DNA of 64,000 bases from Myxococcota bacterium. Its GTDB lineage: Bacteria > Myxococcota_A > SURF-8. A program made the translations under genes and the position numbers. The DNA lies in assembly GCA_963674735.2 (NCBI GenBank), contig CAXXQS010000002.1, positions 800,001 to 864,000 on the forward strand. Reading direction: 5' to 3'. A model generated the notes under the pieces. It saw nothing but the letters and a program-made list of their open reading frames with translations, was not told where the DNA came from and did no database searches. Positions 55,701 through 64,000 of the stretch are shown piece by piece (position 1 is the first letter of the stretch; each line of letters begins with the position of its first letter).

Positions 55701-56311
55701 ATTTCGCGAAGCGACATTTATCGAAGGCTCCCTCGATACGCCGTTTTCCAAACGGCCTCTCGGGATGCGCGATTCATGCTTCATTGCGTCGATATGAATA
55801 GGCCATCCTACTATTTTCTGCCATATTTTGGCTGATCGCCCCTCTTCCACCCCGTGTTCGCCGACGGGGCCGGGCGGTGGAAAAAGCGCGAGGACTGTCT
55901 GAGCCGGACTTAGTCCGGCGAGTTCCGCAGCGCCCGCCGAACGGTCACGGGGACGTTGGAAAACGGCCGAGGCGAACCCCGGGCGTCCTTTCTTTCGGTT
56001 CCCTTTCTTTGGACGCGCAAAGAAAGGGGACAAAACGAATCGCATCAACGAGTGCAATCTCGGGAGCCCGTCGGAGACGCGCTCCAGCACGGGGCAAAAC
56101 AAATGGAACCCGTCGGGAGATACGCTCCAGCGTGAAAGATGAATGTCAAATTGTATGGGTTTCAGAAAAGTAGGATGGGCAACTCGTTGCCCATCTTTCG
56201 GGCAACGGCGAAATCATATCCGCAATATGAAACATAATCCGCTCATCCCGAGTAGCCGTTTGCAAAACGGTGTATCGAGGGAGCCGTCGAACCAATTTCG
56301 CTACGCGAAAT
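55701..56311. repeat. Intergenic repeat mosaic: inverted family A copies enclosing a structured core and two family C copies
   Basis: 55701-55820 is an internally deleted inverted copy of 56159-56311; family C at 56063-56088 and 56105-56131. Confidence 0.85.
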
Positions 56312-56339
56312 CATTCAGGCTTTGCGGGGGGATACGCCA

Positions 56340-57188
56340 TCATCCTATCGTTACGTCCCCGATGTTGGCGCGCGTCTCCCGGCAGACTTGCACGGCGGCG
56401 CGCACGAAGTTGGCGGCGTTGAAATGGAAGGTGCAGAACAGGCTGGTTCGCCAGTCCTCGCGAATGCCGAGTTGCCGCATGATGGCGGCGGGGGAGTCCA
56501 TCCCGTTTTCCACGAGGGGACGGATGCGACCGACCCAGTCCTCCAGGAACTGCAGCTTGGCACGCAGGTGGGCCGGGCCCTCGTGCAACTGCGGCCGATG
56601 GGCACAGAAGAGGGACTCGAAATCGTAGCGGAGGACGCGGCGCAGGCTGGCGATCATGTCGCCCAGGTTTTCATCCACCCGCATGAAGCGCTGGTGATCG
56701 CCCAGGTAGAGGTCGCCCGAAAACAGCCAGCCCCGTTCGCGCACGAGGTAGGCGGTGTGGTCGGGACTATGGCCGGGGGTGGCGATGGGCTCGAAGGTCA
56801 GTCCGTTCAGGCTGAACGGCTGCGACAGCGGTTTGGCGGAAAAGGGAGCAAACGCGCCCCACACCCAATGTTGATAGGGTCTGAGACGCAGCCGGGTCTG
56901 CAGCCGGGCGACGGTGTCCGCCCCCGCCCAAACGGGAAGACCCGTCCGTTTCTGTAGCGCCCCGGCGTTCCCGGCATGGTCTTCGTGGTGGTGCGTGAGC
57001 AGCAAGGCCTCGGGCTTCTGCGTCATCGCCCAAGCGAGATAGGCGCGCTGTTGATGGGGCTGGCTGCTGTCGATCAGCACGCCGCCGGCCGCATAGGCGA
57101 AGACCGTCATCAGCGGACGCCCCACCGGACCGAAGCCCAGTTCGATGGCTTTTACATCGCCGAAATCGTGCAGGCGTCGAGTACGCAT
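56340..57188 (-). CDS. Metallo-beta-lactamase fold hydrolase
   Basis: THHHEDHAG, TPGHSPDH, LFSGD, CAH motifs. Confidence 0.92.
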   Translation of the reverse strand: MRTRRLHDFGDVKAIELGFGPVGRPLMTVFAYAAGGVLIDSSQPHQQRAYLAWAMTQKPEALLLTHHHEDHAGNAGALQKRTGLPVWAGADTVARLQTRLRLRPYQHWVWGAFAPFSAKPLSQPFSLNGLTFEPIATPGHSPDHTAYLVRERGWLFSGDLYLGDHQRFMRVDENLGDMIASLRRVLRYDFESLFCAHRPQLHEGPAHLRAKLQFLEDWVGRIRPLVENGMDSPAAIMRQLGIREDWRTSLFCTFHFNAANFVRAAVQVCRETRANIGDVTIG

Positions 57189-57190
57189 CC

Positions 57191-59185
57191 TTATTTATAC
57201 ACGACCGGGTGACTGTTGAGGCGGCGCGCCTGAGCCAGAGCTTCGTCCCCGCTTCCGTAGAAGACGTACACGCGCCAGAAATCCCCGTTTTCGGGATCGG
57301 CGGTTTCGTCGATCAACTGCACCACCGGCTCGTCGGCGGTGACGCCGATGCGCGGAGCCAGATGCACCTGGCGGCAGTCCTTGATCAGCCAGGTATCGTC
57401 GCCCAGCGCGATCAGGCCGTTGGCCAGGGGCAGGTAGATTTCAGGCTTTTGAAAGGTAAAATCGCTGAAGGCATATTCCACGAGCGTTCCGTCCATCAGC
57501 GCCGGAGAGTACGCGATGAGATCCTCGCTGCGCGGGAACGAAAGCGTGACCTTGGCATTTTCGGCCTCTTTTCCGGTGGGATCGGAGCTGGGCCCGAAGG
57601 TCAGCTGGGCTTCGTAAAGCGTGTCGTCGTACGTGAACCAGTCGAGCGTGGCCGTGCGGCTGGGCGCATCGACCGTCACCGCCAGCGGTGCCTCCGCCGC
57701 GTCGGGGGCTTCGGGCAGGGGGATGTCGTCGAGACGTTCGGCCGTCCCCGCTTCGAGATCGATCAGGGCGTGCGGCCAATCGAGCGCCGTCAGCAGATCG
57801 GCCTGAACCCCCTCGATCAGCGCCAGCGCGGCGGCGTTGTTGTCGACGCCGTAGTTGAACTCGCCGTGCCAGGGCGTGATGCCGGTGGCGTCGGAGACCA
57901 TCGACATCAGCAGGTGACGCGCGGCCTGGTCCAGATCGGTCTGGGCGGTGGCGCTGTCGAGCGCGGCGGTTTCGGCGGCGGCCAGCAGCGCTTCGGCGGC
58001 GGCCAGTTCGGTGGACACGCGGTAGTTTCCGCTGCGGATCAGGTTGTCGCGTTCGTGGTTGTTGTAAGGCGCGAGCGAACGCCCGCCCATCCAGCGCAGC
58101 ACGGAATCGGTGCTGGTGGGCTGCCAGGTGCCGTCGATCACCGGCGGGAGTTGGGGTTGCTCGATCTCTTGCGCCTTGAGGTGGCGCACGTAATCGGCGA
58201 TACCGGTGATCTTGAAGCCGTCTTCTTCGAGCGCCGTAAGCTTCGCTTCATACTCCACCAGCCGTTCCGGGTCGTGGCCGCCCAAAAACGCGAAGTAGGG
58301 ATCTTCGGGAACCATCAGCAGCTCGCCGTCGTCGAAAAACGGCCAGTTGACTTCGATGCCGGAGTCCGGGTCGACGCCGATGGGTCCGACCACCACATCC
58401 ACGCCCTTGTCGGTATAATAGGGCCACACCGCCTCTTCAAAGCGCACGTAGCGGTACAGGTTTTTGGGAAAGACGCTGATCCCGTAACATTCATCGGCCA
58501 TCAGCGCATGCTTGCCTTCGCCGGCCTGCCCCTCCTGGTTGAACACGACCTTCGACAGCGGGACGTCGTAGTCGGCAAACAGTTGCTTGGTGATGGCGAT
58601 CGAGCGGTGCAGATCCCGCTCGGGGAAAGCCACGAAAAGCTGGTCGGACCAATGGAAGCTGACCACCTCCACCTGACCGCTCTTGGCGGCGTCACGCAGT
58701 TTCGAAAGAATCTCGGGATGACGTTCGTGCATGGCTTCGAGCATCATCGACTGCATTTCGAAGGTGACGCGCCAGCCGGGATGGGCGATGTAGAAATCGA
58801 GCACCGGCTCGAAGGTTTCGACGATGATCCAGTCCTGCACCTTTTCGTCGGTCCAGCCGACACACAGGGAACCGCACATGGGCATGGATTCGCCATCCCA
58901 GGTGGTTTCGAGTCCGCCCGCGACGTACTGCACGTTGAAATGGAACATGGTCAGCGCGAATTTCTTCTGTTCCAAATCGGGCTCGTCCATGGGGACGTCC
59001 GCGAAAACAGCACAGACATCGGGTTCGTCGCCGTCGGGTTCGTCACCATCCGGTTCGTCGTTGTCACCGTCGGCGGGTTGATCCACGTCGCCATCGACAT
59101 TCGTCGTATCGGAATCGCCGCAGGCCACCAGCCCCGCCACCATCAAAAACAGAATCCAGATCATCCATGGTTTCGCTATGCGCAT
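57191..59185 (-). CDS. Lipoprotein with DGD(EP) repeats and GH57-like/deacetylase-barrel domain
   Basis: Lipobox LVAC; DGDNDEPDGDEPDGDEPD; FHFNVQY, TFEMQ..MLE, GQVEVV, NQE, DDGE, SDATG pattern reminiscent of GH57. Confidence 0.6.
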   Translation of the reverse strand: MRIAKPWMIWILFLMVAGLVACGDSDTTNVDGDVDQPADGDNDEPDGDEPDGDEPDVCAVFADVPMDEPDLEQKKFALTMFHFNVQYVAGGLETTWDGESMPMCGSLCVGWTDEKVQDWIIVETFEPVLDFYIAHPGWRVTFEMQSMMLEAMHERHPEILSKLRDAAKSGQVEVVSFHWSDQLFVAFPERDLHRSIAITKQLFADYDVPLSKVVFNQEGQAGEGKHALMADECYGISVFPKNLYRYVRFEEAVWPYYTDKGVDVVVGPIGVDPDSGIEVNWPFFDDGELLMVPEDPYFAFLGGHDPERLVEYEAKLTALEEDGFKITGIADYVRHLKAQEIEQPQLPPVIDGTWQPTSTDSVLRWMGGRSLAPYNNHERDNLIRSGNYRVSTELAAAEALLAAAETAALDSATAQTDLDQAARHLLMSMVSDATGITPWHGEFNYGVDNNAAALALIEGVQADLLTALDWPHALIDLEAGTAERLDDIPLPEAPDAAEAPLAVTVDAPSRTATLDWFTYDDTLYEAQLTFGPSSDPTGKEAENAKVTLSFPRSEDLIAYSPALMDGTLVEYAFSDFTFQKPEIYLPLANGLIALGDDTWLIKDCRQVHLAPRIGVTADEPVVQLIDETADPENGDFWRVYVFYGSGDEALAQARRLNSHPVVYK

Positions 59186-59284
59186 GAGAAACTCCCGATC
59201 TAAACGGATAAAGATGCGTCATCTGTCTGACAAGCAAACGCCCCCTTGGGTAAAGGGGGCGGGATCAAGCTTGTATGGTAAAAA

Positions 59285-59743
59285 TCAACTCCCCAGCAGT
59301 TCGGTGGCCAGCGTCTTGACAAGCTGGGCATCCACCTTGCCCTTGTGGTCCTTCATGATCGCGCCCATCAGGCGGCCGATCTGCTTGTCATCGGCGATGC
59401 CCAACTCGGTGATCTTCGCCGAAACCAATTGGCGCGTCTGGTCGGCGTCCATCAGCTGCGGCAGAAACTGCTTGAGATAGTCGACTTCATAGCGGATCTG
59501 CGCAATCTTGTCCGCCCCGCGCGGACCGACTTTTTCGAATTCCACCCGAGCTTTTTCCTGCTGCTTGACGTAAGCGGCGATCACGGCCAGGGCGGCTTCA
59601 TCCGTCAGGGTGGGGTCGCCTTTTTCGGCCATTTTTTTCTGAAAGCCGGTTTTGACCATGCGCAACAGGGCCACTTCCTGGGCTTCCTTGCGCTTCATCG
59701 CGCTTTTGAGCCGGTCGTTGAATTCGTTGATCAAAGGCATCAC
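59285..59743 (-). CDS. GatB/YqeY domain protein
   Basis: LKSAMK, LRMVK, E...L..FLPQLM, IGRLMGAIMK..KGKVD. Confidence 0.92.
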   Translation of the reverse strand: MMPLINEFNDRLKSAMKRKEAQEVALLRMVKTGFQKKMAEKGDPTLTDEAALAVIAAYVKQQEKARVEFEKVGPRGADKIAQIRYEVDYLKQFLPQLMDADQTRQLVSAKITELGIADDKQIGRLMGAIMKDHKGKVDAQLVKTLATELLGS

Positions 59744-59774
59744 TTGGGGTCTCCTCTTGCCCGCCGTTCCGGGC

Positions 59775-60338
59775 TTATTCGTCTTGGGCGCCGCAGTCCT
59801 GTCCGGTGGTGACGAAGGTCAGCTGCTCACTGACGGTTTCGAAAGCCTGGCTGTAGCCGCCGGTTGCGGTATCGAGAATGTTGTAACCGAACAGCGCTCC
59901 GGCGGGCTCGTAATCCTGATCGAAGAAGTGCAGCCGGATGCCCGCCGCGCCCAGCAGATCGGGGTCGCCTTCGGGGGTGTAGGTCTGGCTTTCGTCGCCG
60001 TCGAGATAGGCGTACACGAGAATTTCCGTGCGCCGGGTGACGCCGTCGCCTTCGACCACCCAGGAAAGCGTTTCCGGCGGGAAGCTGTCGAAGGTGAGCG
60101 TGTAGCTGGCTTCGAACGGATCGACGGCCGCCGAGGACAACTCGATGAGCTGCTCGTCGCCGGTGAATCCCATGGCCCCGACGCGGATGTTCTGGGTGGC
60201 GTTTTCGATATGGCAGCCACCCACATTGCCCGAAAGAAGACGGGCCGTGATTTCGTCGTCGCCGTCATCGCCGCAACCGGCCAGTAACGCAAGAATCGCC
60301 AAAAGCATCACCATGGTTCGCCACATTGACTGGGTCAT
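59775..60338 (-). CDS. Hypothetical lipoprotein
   Basis: Lipobox LAGC then GDDGDD; YLDGDES Ca-loop-like motif; AGGAG RBS. Confidence 0.75.
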   Translation of the reverse strand: MTQSMWRTMVMLLAILALLAGCGDDGDDEITARLLSGNVGGCHIENATQNIRVGAMGFTGDEQLIELSSAAVDPFEASYTLTFDSFPPETLSWVVEGDGVTRRTEILVYAYLDGDESQTYTPEGDPDLLGAAGIRLHFFDQDYEPAGALFGYNILDTATGGYSQAFETVSEQLTFVTTGQDCGAQDE

Positions 60339-60408
60339 TTTAAGTTCTCCTGAAAGTCGTTGGTTTGGTTGATCGAACTCGACCTTAGTCCCTTACCCCG
60401 ACGGATCG

Positions 60409-61182
60409 TTAGCGGGATAGGGTACGTTTGTACAATTCCTCAGCCATGGCCGCCATCATGACCGCCCCTTTGCCGTTGGGGTCGTATTCCCAGATCGTCT
60501 GGCCGAAGCTCTGCGCTTCGTCGAGCTTGACGTTGAAGCCGAGAATGGTCTTGGAAATACGATCGGGAAAATGATGGGCCAGCTTGGCCACGATTTCGTT
60601 GGCCAGGCGCGTTGGACGATAGAGCGTCGGGATAACCATCTTCAGCTCGGTCCGCGCGCTCTTGTGGCGTTCGCGCACCTGGGCGATCGAGCGCACCACT
60701 TCGGCGCAGCCGTCCAGCGCCAGATAGGTAAGCGCCACCGGAACGACGACATCGGTGGAGGCCGTCAGCACGTTCGAGGTCACAAGCCCGACCGACGGCG
60801 GCGAATCGATGAATGCCACGTCGTAACGCCGGGACACTTTCTTGAGCGCTTTTTGCAACAATAACTCGCGGTCGGCCTGGCCCGCCACGGTTTCGGGAAA
60901 ATCGGCCAGGCGCTTGTTGGAGCCCAGCAAATGCAAGCGCGGAATGTTCGTTTCCACCACGGCGTCGCCGGGATCCAGGCTCGAATCGGTCAAGACATCG
61001 AAGATATCGTAGTCGAGATCGTGGACCGCCAGCCCCAGCGATTTTCCCGCGTGCCCCTGGGAATCGAGGTCGACCAGCAGGACGTTTTTCTTTTTTTTCA
61101 GCGCCATATAGGCGGCGAAGTTAACAGCGAACGTGGTTTTGCACGTCCCGCCTTTTTCGTTGATGAAGGAAATAACCTTCAC
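60409..61182 (-). CDS. Orphan ParA/Soj family ATPase
   Basis: NEKGGTCKTT, LLVDLDSQG, IDSPPS, NVKLDEAQSFG; no parB adjacent. Confidence 0.92.
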   Translation of the reverse strand: MKVISFINEKGGTCKTTFAVNFAAYMALKKKKNVLLVDLDSQGHAGKSLGLAVHDLDYDIFDVLTDSSLDPGDAVVETNIPRLHLLGSNKRLADFPETVAGQADRELLLQKALKKVSRRYDVAFIDSPPSVGLVTSNVLTASTDVVVPVALTYLALDGCAEVVRSIAQVRERHKSARTELKMVIPTLYRPTRLANEIVAKLAHHFPDRISKTILGFNVKLDEAQSFGQTIWEYDPNGKGAVMMAAMAEELYKRTLSR

Positions 61183-61185
61183 GCC

Positions 61186-61593
61186 TTAAACCTCCGTGCC
61201 GAGAGAAGAACGATCGGCGGCCGTTTTGGATGCACCCGATCCCGCCGTTTTCACTCGCTTTTTCGATGTTTTCGCGCGTTTCGGGGATTCGTTTGCCGCC
61301 GCCAGCAGGCTTTGCAGGCGCTCGATCTGGGCTTCGATGGCAAACAGCCGATCCTCCAAATCCTGTTGGCCCTGTTCGAGGCGCGCGAAGTCGTCGCGCG
61401 TGGGCAGATTCAACTGCGTGAGGGCGGTCTGAATCGCCTTTTGCATGAAGTCGCGAAACTCCAGCGAGGCCTGCAGCATTTTTTGAATGCCCATGATAAA
61501 GCGTTCGTTGTTCAGTAAAACCGCCAAGGCATCGCCCGCGCGAACGCCGTAAAGATGCAGAATATCTTCAAAAAACTGCCGTTTCCCACTCAT
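61186..61593 (-). CDS. Phasin/PhaE-like coiled-coil protein with basic C-terminal tail
   Basis: QLNLPTRDDFARLE...LEDRL..IE heptads; tail SPKRAKTSKKRVK; stop 3 nt before the ParA start. Confidence 0.6.
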   Translation of the reverse strand: MSGKRQFFEDILHLYGVRAGDALAVLLNNERFIMGIQKMLQASLEFRDFMQKAIQTALTQLNLPTRDDFARLEQGQQDLEDRLFAIEAQIERLQSLLAAANESPKRAKTSKKRVKTAGSGASKTAADRSSLGTEV

Positions 61594-62850
61594 GTCGCAC
61601 CGTCTGGATGAAGAGATGAACGCCCGCCGGAAAGCCCGCCGCATTCCGGCTTCGGGTGAGGGCAGTATGGCATATGCCGCCGAGCCAGACAAGAGAAAAG
61701 GGGCGGTGCAAAAGCGGCGCTCCGATGCATTAAAATAGGGCCATCGAAACGGTGGCGGAAGTCGAAATTGACTCCCTTTTGAGACATTACCCGCTGTCGG
61801 CACCGGCCTTCCCGCAGACACGAAAGCCCACAGCCCGCCGCCTTGCCCTCCATGCCGCCCCTGGCCGGTTTTTTCTCGCCCCTGCCTTCGCAACGCGTGA
61901 TTATAACAGGAGAAAAGCGCGGTTTTCACGCCTGTTGTCCCGCGCATATCGAGGCCAGCCGAGCCATTTGAAAATAGCCCTGTTATATCAGGCACTTAAC
62001 AACACGCCCCATAATTAGATTTACTATATTATATTTAGTATATCACAAAAACAGCCTTTCAAGCCGCGCGACGCACCCGTGTTGGACGGAGAAGCGACAG
62101 GGTTGGAATTTTCTATCTGACTGATATCAATTGGTAATCGTCGTTCCCGATCCGCTTCGCGGTAACGGCCCGCCGGGCATGGGAACCGGGTTTCTGTCGA
62201 CCGGATGTGACGTATTACGACCAACCCGGAAAATCCCTGGGAAAGCTTCTTTTACCCGAAACAAAAGGCCGAAAAACCCAATGATTTCGCGAAAAGCAAA
62301 AAATGGCTTCGTAAAACGGCGCAGCGAGCGCAGGGAGCGCATTTCCACCTGAAGGGGCAAAGCGGCCAAATTCAAGGCTGTCTCGCCGAAAGGGTCGTTT
62401 GCGCGAAATCCGCGCGTCACGGCAAACGGACGAAAGGACGCACCAAGCGAACCGGCCCATCTGCAGAGAGCGTTCGGGAGGCCGGACTTCGCCGTTTCGC
62501 TCAACCTTGCGCGATCCGATATTCATTCAAAATTTGCATTGCAGCCGACGGCGGACCGGCGGCACGGGCTAAACCGTCAGGTTTGCCCGTGAAAACAGCA
62601 TGGGCAAGCCAAAGGCTTGGCCTATGGCACCCCGCGAATCGAATGATATGGGGTGGAAAACGGTGAAAAGCTTAGAATGGAATCGCCTTGGCAACGCAGG
62701 TTATTTTCTTGCAAATGAGGTAACTATTTGTTATGGATCTTATGAGTCTCATGTTTTAATAGTGATCTCAACAGTATCACTGGTTTTTCGGCCGACCAGG
62801 CGTATCGCAGGCTGAAGGCCGGTCTGGCTTCATCGAAAGAGGTTCATCCG

Positions 62851-63930
62851 ATACAGCCGGAATACACGGAAACAACAAGCGGAACGCAACGAGACGCCTT
62901 TTTCGACCATGCCAAAGCGCTCTTGATCTTCCTGGTGGTTCTCGGCCACGCCATCGAACTGGTGTGGGGCGGCAAACCCCTGCTGCGGGCGGTTTGGCAG
63001 TGGATTTATGTCTTCCACATGCCGCTGTTCGTTTTCATCTGCGGTTACTACACGCGCGGTCAACTCAACGGCGAGCGCCTGCTGACCCTGGCTTGCCGAT
63101 TGATCGCACCGTATTTCATTTTCCTGTTTTTATACCGCCTGTTCTTTTTTTATATGCAGGGGAAAACCCGGCTCGAACTCGATCTCTTTCATTCCTACGA
63201 TCTGTTGTGGTTTCTCCCGGCCTTGTTTTTCTGGCGTCTGCTTCAACCGATCCTCATCCGCTGCCGGTTCCCGCTGCTGCTGGCACTGGTCTTGGGGCTG
63301 CTCATCAGTTTCAATCCCTTCATCAGCGGGGTAATGGGGCTCAATCAAACCTTTTCCTTCCTGCCGTATTTCACGCTCGGACTGCTGGCGCAGCAACGAA
63401 ATCTGCAGTTCCTGCACGCCACGCCCATCCGGATCGTCTCGGCGCTGGTTCTCGTCGCCGGGTTCTTCCTGCTCTATCACGTCGGTTCCGAATTCGACAC
63501 CAAGTGGTTGCGCTACACGATGTATAAGGATGTGGGGCACCGCGAGTGGAACGCCTTTGTTTATCGTCTGGCGGTCTATGCCGCCGCGCTGCTGAGCGGC
63601 ACAGCCTTTTTGTCGCTGATGCCGCAACGGGAAAGCCGCCTCAGCCGCCTGGGTCGCTACACGCTCTATCCCTACTTGCTGCACTACTTCGTGATAAAAG
63701 GACTCGCGCTCAGCGGATTGCTCAAAGGGCTGCCTTCCGGCCTGCCGGCGGGCGTCTGGCTGGCTATTCTGCTGGCTTTATCGGCGGGGATCGTCTGGAT
63801 CACCGCCAGTCGTCCTTCCCGCCGCCTGTTTGGTCCCCTCATTCAGGTGAACCCGTACTTGGTTCGCCGCTACCTGGTTTTCGCCGTGATCGCCGGGTAT
63901 GCCTTTTGTGTGCACGTCAACTGGAATTAG
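62851..63930 (+). CDS. Acyltransferase family 3 (polysaccharide O-acetyltransferase-like); start uncertain
   Basis: RDAFFDHAKALLIFLVVLGH, IYVFHMPLFVFICGY, LWFL, LGRYTLYPYLLH; first standard start (TTG 62923) cuts the N-terminal motif. Confidence 0.88.
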   Translation: MQPEYTETTSGTQRDAFFDHAKALLIFLVVLGHAIELVWGGKPLLRAVWQWIYVFHMPLFVFICGYYTRGQLNGERLLTLACRLIAPYFIFLFLYRLFFFYMQGKTRLELDLFHSYDLLWFLPALFFWRLLQPILIRCRFPLLLALVLGLLISFNPFISGVMGLNQTFSFLPYFTLGLLAQQRNLQFLHATPIRIVSALVLVAGFFLLYHVGSEFDTKWLRYTMYKDVGHREWNAFVYRLAVYAAALLSGTAFLSLMPQRESRLSRLGRYTLYPYLLHYFVIKGLALSGLLKGLPSGLPAGVWLAILLALSAGIVWITASRPSRRLFGPLIQVNPYLVRRYLVFAVIAGYAFCVHVNWN

Positions 63931-64000
63931 CCCGCCCGTTTTTACGAAACCCGCCCAAAAGCCTCGTCCCGGTATCGGGCGACGGTGAATCGCCATTCAG

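Noticed and set aside
56063-56131. Two spaced direct repeats as a mini CRISPR array
   Set aside because: Only two degenerate copies with a 16-nt spacer, the same motif is dispersed elsewhere, and no cas genes are present.
59020-59100. Short tandem DNA repeat
   Set aside because: It encodes the DGDEP peptide linker; covered under the DGD tether finding.
62420-62460. c-di-GMP-I riboswitch-like words (GGCAAAC...GAAA...GACGC)
   Set aside because: The P2 stem cannot pair properly and the downstream P3 motif is absent.

Overview
GC-rich bacterial chromosomal window, most likely from a deltaproteobacterial or Myxococcota-related lineage (inference from a TIGR04551-type beta-barrel, a MYXO-CTERM-like tail, an ATPase-less MshEN protein and a split atpZ-atpB-atpE operon). 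It also carries flagellar genes (flhA-flhF-flhG-fliA). Housekeeping content: 4 tRNAs (Gly, Cys, Leu, Lys), tatA, gpmI, an RdgC-like gene, tex, hsp20, tig, atpBE, add, pepA, an acyl-CoA synthetase and YqeY. Most notable: (1) an operon-like run of atypical Ser/Thr-type kinase, heme-c-motif histidine kinase, a receiver fused to a GcvH-like domain lacking the lipoyl lysine, and a radical SAM gene; (2) a eukaryote-PRMT-like methyltransferase with a C-terminal PqqD/RRE-like domain (apparent +1 frameshift) coupled to a radical SAM/SPASM gene, divergent from a TonB receptor, with no visible precursor; (3) a near-symmetric 127-bp four-way-junction palindrome upstream of an FGE-fold lipoprotein; (4) an AT-rich island bounded by a 46-bp imperfect direct repeat; (5) several interleaved REP/REPIN/MITE-like repeat families; (6) unrelated lipoproteins sharing acidic DGD-repeat tethers; (7) an orphan ParA coupled to a phasin-like partner. 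All family calls come from motifs read by eye; no database searches were run.
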